A stretch of 64,000 bases of DNA, taken from assembly GCA_963773545.1 (NCBI GenBank), contig CAVZBP010000003.1, positions 862,609 through 926,608 of the forward strand, written 5' to 3'. The notes below the pieces were generated by a model, which worked only from the letters and a program-made list of their open reading frames with translations, searched no databases and had not been told where the DNA came from. How positions within the stretch are numbered: position 1 is the first letter of the stretch; each line of letters begins with the position of its first letter. The stretch is from an uncultured Gemmatimonadaceae bacterium. Lineage in GTDB: Bacteria; Gemmatimonadota; Gemmatimonadetes; Gemmatimonadales; Gemmatimonadaceae. The translations under genes and the position numbers were made by a program. This document shows, one piece after another, positions 26,963 through 37,147 of the stretch.

Positions 26963-28385
26963 GGTATCGAACCAGCGGCCGGCCGGGCCGCGCGGTTGCC
27001 GCACGACCGCGGCGTACACCGGGCACCCACACGACATCCGGGCCGGCTAACACCACCGGCCAGCCGGGCCGCGCCGAACCTGGCACGCCCGCATCGCGCA
27101 ACACGCCTTTGACCCGGCGCGGGGCGGTGGCGCCGTGTGGAATCATGCGGTCGCCGGGCCGCCAGGCCCGCACGGTGAGCGGCTGAGCGCTCGGGAAAGT
27201 CAATTCCCACAGGTCCGCGTTCGTCGGAGGCAGTGCTGGACCCGCCGCGGGATCCACCTCGTGAACCACAAACTGAAAGCGCCCCAGGCGCGTCCCGTCA
27301 CGCAGCGTTGCCAGGCGATAGCACCCCTGGGCCCGCGCCGGCGCCCCGACGGTGAGCACATCCCGGTGCAGCCGCACCACGATGCCGCCCGCGAGCTGCA
27401 TTTCGCCACCGTTGCGCCCGTCAACGGTGAACCGAGCGAGACGGGCGGTGCCGCGGCGATCGAGCCGAATGCCGGCCTCAGCCGCGAGCGCCGGCCAGAG
27501 CAGACCAAGTGCCTGCGCATCATAGCTTGCCAGCACCGGCCGGGCAACCGTGATACGCCCCGTACGGATCTCGGCGCGCACGCCGCGGCGAATGATCGCA
27601 TCGACGTCGCCACGGAGCGCGGCGGCGCGTTCGCCGAGCGCCACCAGGGCTGTGGCGAGCGAAGGGTCGGCGCGCTGAAGCGCGGGCAGCAGATCCAGGC
27701 GGATTCTGTTTCTGAGATGGCGCCGGTCGTGATTGCTCGGGTCCTCCACCCACGACAGCCCGCGCCGCGCGGCGTACGCGCGGATCTCCTCGCCGGAGAC
27801 TGCCAGGAGCGGTCGTAACGCCGGAGACGGCGCGGCCAGGCCGGCAAGTCCGCGCGCGCCAGCACCCCGCATGGCGCGCATGAGCACCGTCTCCACCTGA
27901 TCGTCACGCGAGTGGGCAGTGGCCACGCGCGCGGCAGCGTCCGGCGTGGAGGCGCGCCGCGCCACCGCGGCAAGGAAGCTCCAGCGCGCATCCCTCCATT
28001 GGGCCTCGGTGCGGAGCGGCTGGCTGGCGCGGCCGCGGTGCACCGTGAGGCCGAGCGCGCGTGCCTGTCGCGCCGCGCGGGCCGACGCCCGCGTGGCAGC
28101 GGGCCCGGTGCCGTGATCGTAGGTGGCCACCCCGGCGATACGCTCCGGCGCCCAGCGGGCCATTGCATCCAGCAGCACCATCGAGTCGCGCCCGCCCGAG
28201 ACGGCAAGTACGAGCCTCGTCCCTGGCGCGAGCCGAGCGATCGCTGCGCGCACCGCCTGCTCCACCGCGTCCGCCCCCCCCGCGTGCTCCTCCCTCGCGT
28301 GCGCTTCCGGCGCGCGCTCGTCCCCCGCACGCACGTCGGTCTGGCTCCGCGCGCCGGTTGACACTACATTTTGGGAACGAGACAT
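26943..28385 (-). CDS. tilS: tRNA(Ile)-lysidine synthetase
   Basis: LVLAVSGGRDSMVLL is the PP-loop. The tilS-hpt-ftsH order is conserved. The start is uncertain: codons just after ATG 28385 are AT-rich, so the true start may lie tens of codons further in. Confidence 0.8.
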   Translation of the reverse strand: MSRSQNVVSTGARSQTDVRAGDERAPEAHAREEHAGGADAVEQAVRAAIARLAPGTRLVLAVSGGRDSMVLLDAMARWAPERIAGVATYDHGTGPAATRASARAARQARALGLTVHRGRASQPLRTEAQWRDARWSFLAAVARRASTPDAAARVATAHSRDDQVETVLMRAMRGAGARGLAGLAAPSPALRPLLAVSGEEIRAYAARRGLSWVEDPSNHDRRHLRNRIRLDLLPALQRADPSLATALVALGERAAALRGDVDAIIRRGVRAEIRTGRITVARPVLASYDAQALGLLWPALAAEAGIRLDRRGTARLARFTVDGRNGGEMQLAGGIVVRLHRDVLTVGAPARAQGCYRLATLRDGTRLGRFQFVVHEVDPAAGPALPPTNADLWELTFPSAQPLTVRAWRPGDRMIPHGATAPRRVKGVLRDAGVPGSARPGWPVVLAGPDVVWVPGVRRGRAATARPGRPLVRYRCERLD

Positions 28386-28422
28386 TGTGATCTGACTCAC
28401 CTTCCACCTTCGGGAGACGGCC

Positions 28423-28608
28423 GTGGAGACGCACGGACCACTGGGCACGCTTTGGACCGGGATCGGGCTTGCCGCTTTCTACATCGCCCTGATCTGGATC
28501 AACAGTCTGCTCGGCGTCATGCTCACCCCGCTTCTCATGCTCCCGGCCTCGTGGCTCATCCGCAATCGACACGGTGACCGAGACGCGGAGTCGACGCACG
28601 AACACTAA
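28423..28608 (+). CDS. small hypothetical membrane protein (61 aa)
   Basis: GTG start with GGGAGA 5 nt upstream. Third codon positions are strongly G/C, consistent with coding. There is one hydrophobic helix. No homolog recognised. Confidence 0.35.
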   Translation: METHGPLGTLWTGIGLAAFYIALIWINSLLGVMLTPLLMLPASWLIRNRHGDRDAESTHEH

Positions 28609-28647
28609 TCAGCGGCGCGGCTCGCCTGCCGCGTCCGAGGGGGAACC

Positions 28648-29241
28648 GTGGGCTTCTTAGTCGTCCTGCTGGTGCTGGGCGCGATCGTCGCCTTCTGGAT
28701 CGTTGGTGCGTACAACACGCTCGTCCGCCTGAAGAACCAGGTATTCAACGCCTGGAAACAGATCGACGTCCAGCTCAAGCGACGCTACGATCTCATCCCC
28801 AATCTGGTCGAAACCGTGCGCGGCGCCATGCAGTTCGAGCGCGAAACGCTCGAAGCCGTGGTGCAGGCACGGAGCCAGGCCATCCAGGTGCACGACGCGT
28901 CCGCTGGGCCAGCCGGTGCGGCGCAGGTCAGCGCGGCCGAAGCTCAGCTTACGGGCGCGCTCGGCCGACTGATGGCGGTGGTGGAAGCGTACCCGGACCT
29001 CAAGGCCACCGGGAACGTGGCGCAGCTCCAGGAGGAGCTTACCTCCACGGAGAACAAGATCTCGTTCGCCCGCCAACTGTACAACGATACCGCCACGCAG
29101 TACAACACCAAGCAGCAGCAGTTTCCCACCAATCTCGTGGCCGGTATGGCCGGTGCATCGCCGGCACAACTCTGGGAAGTCACCGACGCCGCCGAGCGGT
29201 CGGTACCAAAGGTGGATCTTTCCCTGGGTCACAAGCCCTGA
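28648..29241 (+). CDS. lemA: LemA family protein
   Basis: An N-terminal TM helix, then YNTLVRLKNQVFNAWKQIDVQLKRRYDLIPNLV, a typical LemA sequence. Confidence 0.85.
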   Translation: MGFLVVLLVLGAIVAFWIVGAYNTLVRLKNQVFNAWKQIDVQLKRRYDLIPNLVETVRGAMQFERETLEAVVQARSQAIQVHDASAGPAGAAQVSAAEAQLTGALGRLMAVVEAYPDLKATGNVAQLQEELTSTENKISFARQLYNDTATQYNTKQQQFPTNLVAGMAGASPAQLWEVTDAAERSVPKVDLSLGHKP

Positions 29242-29287
29242 GCGAGGGCAGACGGCGCCCACCCGGGCGCCGTCCGCCACACATGCC

Positions 29288-30325
29288 GTGAGCGAGGACA
29301 GCGCAAACCTCTTCGAGCAGCAGGAGGCGAATCGGCGGCGCTCGCGCTGGCTGATCCTCGGATTCGTGCTGTTCTTCGCGTGGCTGGGTTTCGGTGGCGA
29401 TGTCATCGCGCACCTGGCCACGCGCGACGCGCCCGTGGAAGCGTATCACCACGTGTTCCCGTGGTTCGGGATCGCGCTTTCGCTATTGGCCGCCGCGATG
29501 GCGGCGTACGCCTGGCAAACCGGACCGCAGAAGGTGCTCTGGTCCACGGGCGCGCACGAGCTGTCGTCTCCCACCACGGCAGAAGAGAAGCAGTACGTGA
29601 ACGTGGTCGAGGAGATGGCGATTGCCTCGGGGCTGCCGCGCCCCCGGGTCTACCTGGTAGACGACCCCGATCCCAACGCTTTCGCGACCGGACGCGATCC
29701 GCAGACGGCGTGCATTGCCGTCACGACCGGCCTGCTCGCCGCGTGTTCGCGCGACGAGCTGCAGGCCGTGGTGGCACACGAGATGGGGCACGTGAAGAAC
29801 CTGGATGTGCGCCTCATGACTCTCCTCGCCGCCCTGGTGGGCGCGGTCGCGCTCATCGGCAACGGCCTGGGACGCGTGCTCCGCGGCGGAGTGCGCGTGG
29901 GCGGTGTGGGAGGGGGACGGCGTGGGGGACGGAAGGGAAACCTGGGTCCACTGATCCTCGTGCTGTTGGCGCTCTGGATCCTGAGCTGGATCCTGGCGCC
30001 GATCATCACGCGGCTGCTCGCGCTCGGCGTGAGCCGGAAGCGCGAGTACCTGGCCGACGCCATGAGCGCGCAATTCACGCGCAACCCCATGGCGCTGGCA
30101 TCGGCGCTCGAGAAGATCGAGAATGCCAGCGAGCCGACGCGCGCCATCAAGAGCGGGAGTGCGCATCTGTGCATCGCCGATCCCGTCGGACGCCGCGCGA
30201 ACCTGCACTCGGGCAAACTCGCTGATCTGTTCGGCACCCATCCACCGATGGTGATGCGCATCGCGCGACTGCGCGCGATGGCCTATCAGGCGGCCAAGCG
30301 CGACGGGACGTTCGTCGCGACCTGA
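29288..30325 (+). CDS. htpX: M48 family zinc metalloprotease, HtpX-like
   Basis: HEMGH zinc motif, TM helices, and the usual LemA-HtpX pairing. The start is GTG (V46 of the track ORF). Confidence 0.85.
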   Translation: MSEDSANLFEQQEANRRRSRWLILGFVLFFAWLGFGGDVIAHLATRDAPVEAYHHVFPWFGIALSLLAAAMAAYAWQTGPQKVLWSTGAHELSSPTTAEEKQYVNVVEEMAIASGLPRPRVYLVDDPDPNAFATGRDPQTACIAVTTGLLAACSRDELQAVVAHEMGHVKNLDVRLMTLLAALVGAVALIGNGLGRVLRGGVRVGGVGGGRRGGRKGNLGPLILVLLALWILSWILAPIITRLLALGVSRKREYLADAMSAQFTRNPMALASALEKIENASEPTRAIKSGSAHLCIADPVGRRANLHSGKLADLFGTHPPMVMRIARLRAMAYQAAKRDGTFVAT

Positions 30326-30397
30326 TGCCGCGTGCTGGGCGCTTCAAAACCTGCCATCCGCGTCTTAGCGTGATCAGCACGCGATGGTAACCCAGCA

Positions 30398-31096
30398 TCA
30401 CCGCGTGAGGTCGAACGCAAACACCTGCTCCACGAGCACGCGGGCGGGATGACCACCCACCATGGCCGGCCGGAAGCGTAGCCGCGGTAGCGTGGCGAGT
30501 ACCGCCGCGGTGAAGAGCGCGTGTGACGACGACACGATGCGCACCGATCCGTCCTCCAAACGGCCGTTTCCGTTCACCACAAACTGCACGCGCACTCGAC
30601 CCGTGATCCCGGCCGCGCGCAGCATTGCCGGGTACGGCGGACGCGGGTTGCCCGGGCGCATCGCTGCCGGAATCTCCGCCGCGCCGTTCCCATAGAGGCC
30701 GTTCCCGGGCGGTCCGTCACCGCCACCGGCGCTGACGGCGTTCGCGCTGGGGCGGGTGAAGTCATCACCGCCAATCGTCGGGCGCGAAAGGGTGTCGGAC
30801 ATCGGCGCCACCAGGCCCGTGGGGATCTCCAGGCGAAGGGGCCGCGGCACGGCCGGCGGCCCCTTCACCGGGCGCGGAGCGCCACTGGGCCCGCCGGTTC
30901 GCGCTGGCTCGGTTGTCCTCTGGATGTAGATGATCGCATTGGCCGACGCGGCTGGCGTTGGTCGCGCCTCCAGCCGGTGCGGTTCGCTCGCGTGCACGAG
31001 CAGGCCGATTACCAGCACGTGCACCGCCACGCTCACCGCCGTGCCGCGTCCCAACCGAACTCGCTGCCGCCGTGATTCCACGAGCGCGTCCAGCAT
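30398..31096 (-). CDS. tonB: TonB family protein (C-terminal TonB domain)
   Basis: An N-terminal TM helix, a Pro-rich linker, and a C-terminal YPAMLRAAGITGRVRVQFVVNGNGRL TonB_C fold. Confidence 0.7.
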   Translation of the reverse strand: MLDALVESRRQRVRLGRGTAVSVAVHVLVIGLLVHASEPHRLEARPTPAASANAIIYIQRTTEPARTGGPSGAPRPVKGPPAVPRPLRLEIPTGLVAPMSDTLSRPTIGGDDFTRPSANAVSAGGGDGPPGNGLYGNGAAEIPAAMRPGNPRPPYPAMLRAAGITGRVRVQFVVNGNGRLEDGSVRIVSSSHALFTAAVLATLPRLRFRPAMVGGHPARVLVEQVFAFDLTR

Positions 31097-31283
31097 GTGC
31101 GCCTCCCGATGGTGGGTGAGCCCGCCGCACGGGCGAGTGCGCTCATCCTACCACCGGGTAATGGCGAATCGGTTGTGAACGAATTACGTGACCGCGACGG
31201 AGCTCATGACGAATGGGTGAACATCGCGTGACGGTCGGATGAGGTGCGCGGGTTCGTGGCAGACGTTCCGCGCACCTCGGCGG

Positions 31284-32723
31284 TCAGCCGTCGCGTGACG
31301 GGCGCGATGCCGGTGTCCGCACGGCGTCGGGGGCCGTGGGGTACGCATCTGCCGGCGGCGACGCGGGCACGGACGCGCGCCCCACGCTCCCGGTCGCATG
31401 CTGTAGCACGCGCTCGATGTCGACACCGAACATCGACGACACGCCCTCCAGTGTGCGCAATGCCGCCGTCACACGCTGTGTGGCGGCCGCGCTCACGCCA
31501 GCGCCGGAGCCACTGTCGAGCACCACGACGCGATCGATGTCGATGCCCTTCACCGCTTCCACGGTGGTCGCGAGCAGCAATGGGAGCTTTTCCGCCATGA
31601 ACACGGCAAACCCCTGCTCGCCCGCGTCGCGAATCTGTCCGTAGAGCAGCTTCAGCACTTCCACCTGTGCCTTCCCCGTCTCGAGCACCGGGGCCGCGGC
31701 CGCCTTGGCGCGCGCTTCCGCCGCCTGTCGCTCCGCCTCGGCCGGCTCCACGACGTCGGCAGACAGACGACGTTTTTGCAGTTCCACCCGTTGCGTCTCC
31801 AGCTGCTGTTGTGCTTCCACTTCTGCGCGTTGCGCCTCCACCTTGGCCACGCGCTCGGCCGTCTCCGCCAGCTGATCGAGCTGCGCCTGACGAACGCGCA
31901 GATTGTTGCGCGCGTCGACAATGCCAAGCTCCGCCTCCGCCTGCGCCACCTCCGCCACCCGACGCGCTTCTGCCTGCTTCTGCCGTGTTTCGGCTTCGTT
32001 CTCCGCCTTGGTGACTTCGGCAATCTTGCGCGACTCGGCCTGCCGCTGCTGCGTTTCCGCCTCGTTTTTTGCCTCGGCGATCTGCGCTTCCTTCAGCACC
32101 TGCGCCGTACGCGCGCGTCCCACCGCCTGCAGGTAGCCCACTTCGTCCGTCACGTTCTGGATCTTCAGGATATCGAGCTGCAAGCCCAGCTTCTGCAGAT
32201 CCTGATCGGCCTCCTGAAGCAGCTCCGCGGCGAACTTCATCCGGTCCTCGTTCACCTCCTCGGGCGTGAGCGTGGCCAGCACCCCGCGCAGGTTGGCCGA
32301 GAGCGTTTCCTTTGCCAACTCCTCGATCTCCTGCAATCGCTTGCCGAGCAGGCGCTCTACGCCGTTGTTGAACGTCGTTTCCGGCTCCGAGGCGACCTTG
32401 ACGTTCGCCACCGCCTGCACCGAGAGCGGGATCCCACCCTTGGAGAACGCGTTCTGCACGGTGAGCTCGATGGGAATCGTGGCGAGCGGAACCCAACTGA
32501 CCTTCTCGATGAGTGGGATGCGCATCGCGCGACCGCCGATCACGGCGCGATATCCCACCAACCGTCCGTTGTCGAGGCGGCGCCGGCGCCCCGTTATGAT
32601 GGCCGCCGAGTTGGGGGGGACGATGATGATCAGCGCGCGAATTGTGCTGATGAGCGCCACCACGACGCCCACCGCCACGAGACCGAGCACCACGGGGCCA
32701 AGACCAAAGTCCTGCATCGACAA
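31284..32723 (-). CDS. flotillin / SPFH (band 7) domain protein
   Basis: An SPFH domain followed by a long EA-rich coiled coil (AEAKNEAETQQRQAE...), typical of FloT/YuaG. Confidence 0.85.
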   Translation of the reverse strand: MSMQDFGLGPVVLGLVAVGVVVALISTIRALIIIVPPNSAAIITGRRRRLDNGRLVGYRAVIGGRAMRIPLIEKVSWVPLATIPIELTVQNAFSKGGIPLSVQAVANVKVASEPETTFNNGVERLLGKRLQEIEELAKETLSANLRGVLATLTPEEVNEDRMKFAAELLQEADQDLQKLGLQLDILKIQNVTDEVGYLQAVGRARTAQVLKEAQIAEAKNEAETQQRQAESRKIAEVTKAENEAETRQKQAEARRVAEVAQAEAELGIVDARNNLRVRQAQLDQLAETAERVAKVEAQRAEVEAQQQLETQRVELQKRRLSADVVEPAEAERQAAEARAKAAAAPVLETGKAQVEVLKLLYGQIRDAGEQGFAVFMAEKLPLLLATTVEAVKGIDIDRVVVLDSGSGAGVSAAATQRVTAALRTLEGVSSMFGVDIERVLQHATGSVGRASVPASPPADAYPTAPDAVRTPASRPSRDG

Positions 32724-32756
32724 CTCCTCAACGAGGGGAGGGTGTGCGACCGGATA

Positions 32757-33350
32757 TCATCCGCCGCCGATCAGCGCTTCGTCCACGGGCGCCACGAGCG
32801 CCGTGCCGCCCGACATCTCCACCACCACGACGGCGCGCCATTGCTCCGGCGCTGCGTCCGCCGCACTGAACGGGCGGGCGATGAGATGCACGGAGCGATC
32901 GCCGCGGAGCACCTGAATCTTTCCCAGTCCACCGACTCCCAACGGAACGACCACTTGACCGGTGAGACCGACGAAACCGCTTTCACCCTCCACGCGTCCC
33001 GATTCCGTCCGGCGCAGGTAGTCGAACACGGCGGCGGAGGTGACCGCAGCCACCACGCCAGCCGCTGTGGCGACCAGGGATGCGGCGAGCGGCGACGCGC
33101 CCGAGAACCACGTGAGTCCTGCGCCCGTGCCACCAAAGGCGAACAGGAAGTACGTGAGCGTTCGCAGCGACAGAATGCGAAGCCCGGCGTGTCCATGATC
33201 GAGCTCGCCCGATTCCACATCCGTCTCCATCCCCCCCACGTCGTCCGCGCCGAGTTCTGCGTGCGCGTCGCTGTCACCGTCGCCGCCAAATGCCGATACC
33301 GACAGGAGACCGCCGCCGAGGACGAGGGAGAAGATGTAGAATGCGAGCAC
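32757..33350 (-). CDS. NfeD-like membrane protein (flotillin partner)
   Basis: TM helices plus a C-terminal OB-fold-like segment (GQVVVPLGVGGLGKIQV). It sits immediately downstream of the flotillin gene. Confidence 0.7.
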   Translation of the reverse strand: MLAFYIFSLVLGGGLLSVSAFGGDGDSDAHAELGADDVGGMETDVESGELDHGHAGLRILSLRTLTYFLFAFGGTGAGLTWFSGASPLAASLVATAAGVVAAVTSAAVFDYLRRTESGRVEGESGFVGLTGQVVVPLGVGGLGKIQVLRGDRSVHLIARPFSAADAAPEQWRAVVVVEMSGGTALVAPVDEALIGGG

Positions 33351-33494
33351 GCGGAGGAAATGGAAGGAGACGACGGGAGATCGCTGGCCTCAACATTCAA
33401 CGGAGCAGGGCTGCACACAAGAGTACGGGCGGCGGTGCAGATGCACCGCCGCCCGTACACGCCGCGCTCCGGCGCGTATGCGCTGGAGGCGCGA

Positions 33495-34805
33495 TCAGAC
33501 GCGCTCGAACTGCTCCGTCTCCGTAGAGCCTTCGAGCGCGGCAGTGGAGGCCTGCCCGCTGCTGATCGTCAACAGCACGCGGTCGAAGTAGCCGGTACCC
33601 GCCTCGCGCTGGTGCTTGGTGGCGGTGTACCCCTCCCCCTCCCGGCTGAATTCCTCCTGCTGCAGCTCCACGTAGGCGGGCATCCCCCGCTCCGCGTACC
33701 CGCGCGCGAGCGCAAAGGTTTCGAGGTTGATCAGGTGCCACCCGGCCAGCGTGATGAATTGGAAGTGGTAGCCCATGGCGCCGAGTTCGCGCTGGAACGT
33801 GGCGATCGTGCTGGCGTCCAGGTGGCGGTCCCAGTTGAACGACGGCGAGCAGTTGTACGCCAGCATCTTGTCCGGATACACGGCATGCACTGCCTCGGCG
33901 AACTCCCGCGCCTGCGTGAGGTCGGGCGTGGGCGTTTCGCACCACAGGAGATCGGCGTACGGGGCGTACACGAGCGCGCGCGCGATGGCCGACGCCATGC
34001 CGCCGCGCACGGAGTAGTACCCTTCCGGTGTGCGCTCGCCGGTCATGAACTCGCGGTCGCGTGCGTCCACATCGCTCGTGAGCAGCGTGGCGGCGAGCGC
34101 ATCGGTGCGCGCGACGAGGAGCGTGGGGACGTCGAGGACATCGGCGGCGAGTCGCGCTGCCGTAAGCGTGCGGACGAACTGCGCCGTGGGAATCAGCACC
34201 TTGCCGCCCATGTGGCCGCATTTCTTCTCGGCGGCGAGTTGGTCCTCGAAGTGCACGCCGGCCGCGCCGGCTTCGATCATGGCCTTCATGAGCTCGAAGG
34301 CGTGGATGGGTCCACCGAACCCCGCTTCGGCGTCGGCTACGATGGGCGCGAGCCAGTGGCGGCCGCCCTTTTCTTCGGCCCACTCCACCTGATCGGCGCG
34401 CAGTAGCGCGTTGTTGAGACGGCGCACGAGTGCCGGTACGCTGTTGGACGGATAGAGACTCTGGTCCGGATACGTCTGACCAGCCAGATTGCCGTCCGCA
34501 GCGACCTGCCAGCCGCTGAGATAGATGGCCTCGAGGCCGGCGCGCACCATCTGCACCGCCTGCGCGCCGGTGAGGGCGCCAAACGTGTTGACGTAGTCCC
34601 GCTCCTGCAGGAGGGACCACAGCCGCTCCGCACCCAGCCGAGCGAGCGTATGCTCCACCCGCACCGAGCCGCGCAACCGCACCACGTCCTCCGCCGTGTA
34701 CGTGCGCTCGATTCCAGCCCATCGAGCGTCGTTCTTCCAACGGCGCGCGAGGTCCTGCGCCGCGGTACCGACATCGCGCGTCTCGCGCATCTCTCCTCCT
34801 GTCAT
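33495..34805 (-). CDS. aceA: isocitrate lyase
   Basis: KKCGHMGGK catalytic motif; 436 aa and collinear with ICL. Confidence 0.95.
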   Translation of the reverse strand: MTGGEMRETRDVGTAAQDLARRWKNDARWAGIERTYTAEDVVRLRGSVRVEHTLARLGAERLWSLLQERDYVNTFGALTGAQAVQMVRAGLEAIYLSGWQVAADGNLAGQTYPDQSLYPSNSVPALVRRLNNALLRADQVEWAEEKGGRHWLAPIVADAEAGFGGPIHAFELMKAMIEAGAAGVHFEDQLAAEKKCGHMGGKVLIPTAQFVRTLTAARLAADVLDVPTLLVARTDALAATLLTSDVDARDREFMTGERTPEGYYSVRGGMASAIARALVYAPYADLLWCETPTPDLTQAREFAEAVHAVYPDKMLAYNCSPSFNWDRHLDASTIATFQRELGAMGYHFQFITLAGWHLINLETFALARGYAERGMPAYVELQQEEFSREGEGYTATKHQREAGTGYFDRVLLTISSGQASTAALEGSTETEQFERV

Positions 34806-34816
34806 AGTGGGGCGCC

Positions 34817-36385
34817 TCAGTCGAGCAACTGGTAGGCAGGCAGCGTAAGGAACTCGACGAAGGTCTCCGTGAGCACCAGGTCGTCCAGCAGCGCCGCGGC
34901 ATCGACAAAGCGCGACGGCGCATCACCGCGCGCCTCCTGCAACGCCGCGAGCTCCGACTGACGCATATCGCGGTAGCGCTCGGCGGTCATCGTGCCCCCG
35001 CCCGCGAGCGGCGCCCGTCGCACCACCCACTGCCACAACTGCGCGCGCGAAATCTCGGCCGTGGCGGTGTCTTCCATGAGGTTGTTGATCGCGACCGCGC
35101 CCGACCCGCGGAGCCAGGCCTCCAGGTATTGCAAGGCGACGCTGATGTTGCTCCGCACGCCGTCCTCGGTGACCGTTCCGCCCGGGATGTGCACATCGCG
35201 AATCTGCTCCGCGGTGACGCGGACGTCCTCGCGCGTCCGGTCCTTCTGGTTGGGGCGGTCGCCCAGCACGCCATCGAACACCTCCTGTGCCACGGGGACG
35301 AGATCCGGGTGCGCGACCCACGTGCCGTCGAAACCGTCCGACGACTCGCGCCGCTTATCCTCCCGCACCTTGGCCAGCGCCACTTCCGTCACTGCTTCGT
35401 CCCGCCGATTCGGGATGAACGCCGCCATGCCGCCAATGGCGTGCGCGCCGCGTTGGTGGCAGGTGCGGACGAGCAGCTCCGTGTACGCGCGCATGAACGG
35501 CACCGTCATGGTCACCTGACCGCGGTCGGGAAAGCACACGTCCGGCCACCGGCGGAATTTCTTGATCGCGCTGAAGATGTAGTCCCAGCGGCCGGCGTTC
35601 AGTCCCGCGGCGTGCGCGCGCAGCTCGTAGAGGATCTCCTCCATCTCGAAGGCGGCGAGGATCGTCTCGATGAGCACGGTCGCGCGGATGGTGCCGCGGG
35701 GGATGCCCAGCGCGTCCTGCGCGGCGTCGAAGACGTCGTTCCAGAGGCGCGCCTCGAGATGGCTTTCCAGCTTGGGCAGGTAGAAATACGGGCCGAAGCC
35801 GCGCTCCTGTGCCGCCCGCGCGTTGTGGAAGAAGTACAACCCAAAATCGAACAGGCTGGCTGAGATCGGCGCGCCATCCACCCGCACGTGCTTCTCGGTG
35901 AGGTGCCATCCGCGCGGCCGCACGACGAGCGTCGCGATCCGTTCGTTCAGCGTGTATTCCCGTCCGTCGGGAGCCGTGAAGGCGAGCTCCCGTCGCACGG
36001 CGTCCATGAGATTGCTCTGCCCCTCCAGGACATTGCTCCAGGTGGGAGAGAGTGCATCCTCGAAGTCCGCCATGAACACCTTCGCCCCCGAATTGAGGGC
36101 GTTGATCATCATCTTGCGGTCCACCGGCCCGGTGATCTCGACGCGGCGATCCTGGAGCGCATCCGGCGTGGCGGCGACGCTCCATGCGCTGGAGCGCACG
36201 CCTTCCGTCTCCGCGAGGAACGCAGGGCGCTTGCCGGCATCGAGCTCGCGCTGGCGTTCATCCCGGTGGAGCAGCAGCTGCTCGCGCCGCGGATTGAACT
36301 GCCGGTGCAGGCGCGCGACGAAGTCCAGCGCGTCCGTGGTCAGTACGCGCGCGGCCGGCTCGGTCAGGCGCCCCGTGATCTGCAT
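34817..36385 (-). CDS. aceB: malate synthase A
   Basis: Collinear with MSA ([34 protein letters not shown]). The start is M46 of the track ORF. Confidence 0.9.
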   Translation of the reverse strand: MQITGRLTEPAARVLTTDALDFVARLHRQFNPRREQLLLHRDERQRELDAGKRPAFLAETEGVRSSAWSVAATPDALQDRRVEITGPVDRKMMINALNSGAKVFMADFEDALSPTWSNVLEGQSNLMDAVRRELAFTAPDGREYTLNERIATLVVRPRGWHLTEKHVRVDGAPISASLFDFGLYFFHNARAAQERGFGPYFYLPKLESHLEARLWNDVFDAAQDALGIPRGTIRATVLIETILAAFEMEEILYELRAHAAGLNAGRWDYIFSAIKKFRRWPDVCFPDRGQVTMTVPFMRAYTELLVRTCHQRGAHAIGGMAAFIPNRRDEAVTEVALAKVREDKRRESSDGFDGTWVAHPDLVPVAQEVFDGVLGDRPNQKDRTREDVRVTAEQIRDVHIPGGTVTEDGVRSNISVALQYLEAWLRGSGAVAINNLMEDTATAEISRAQLWQWVVRRAPLAGGGTMTAERYRDMRQSELAALQEARGDAPSRFVDAAALLDDLVLTETFVEFLTLPAYQLLD

Positions 36386-36859
36386 CTGCTCCGACGTGCT
36401 CGCCCCCAACGCTGCCTCCCGTGTAGTCTGTGATAGATCCCTGTTCGTGGTGGCCGCTTGGCGTGATCGGGCCTCCGCTGGCGCTGGCCGTGCTGCACTC
36501 CGGCCCCGGATACGGTGCACGGCCGCACGCTGGCGAGCTCGTGGGAACTGGCCAGGGCCATGTCGAACCGGTTCCGGCCTTCCGGGGTGCTCCCAGCGCC
36601 AGCAGAGACCATGCAGCCCCCCTGTGGTGTAGCAAGAGCTGTGCTACCACCAGGGTGGGTTTTCTGCGCTGCGCCCCTCAATGGGCGACACGTAGACGGC
36701 GTGTGCCGCGAGGCACCCGTCATGCGTCCATGGTGCGGCAGACGTGCCACAGTCGCGTGCAACGGTTTGGCTCCCGGCACCGCCGTGGCGCGCTGGATGC
36801 AACCCTCCCTTTCTGATCGGCAGCGAATGGAACGAGGCCGTCACACGAGCGAGGAATCG

Positions 36860-37147
36860 ATGCGGGGATACCGCTTCTTTGAGGAATACACGACGCCGAC
36901 TCTCGAACACAGCCTCAGAAGCATCATCGCCGTCCAGACCATGGGACCTCGGTTCGTCCAGCAGGGCGGGGTCTGTGTGGGAGCGGTATGCGACGATGGT
37001 GCAGAGGCCCAGCGCAACGCCGGGAGCGCGGTCGGAATGCACATGGTCACAATGGAGTACTTGGGGACGCACTGCCGGACGGTCACGGAGGCGCGTGCGC
37101 GCGCGGTGGATCCGCGTCTATTCGAGTACCTCGACCGCATGGCCTGA
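36860..37147 (+). CDS. hypothetical protein (95 aa)
   Basis: Only the C-terminal part of track ORF 36515..37147 looks protein-like. The ATG is preceded by GAGGA. No homolog recognised. Confidence 0.3.
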   Translation: MRGYRFFEEYTTPTLEHSLRSIIAVQTMGPRFVQQGGVCVGAVCDDGAEAQRNAGSAVGMHMVTMEYLGTHCRTVTEARARAVDPRLFEYLDRMA

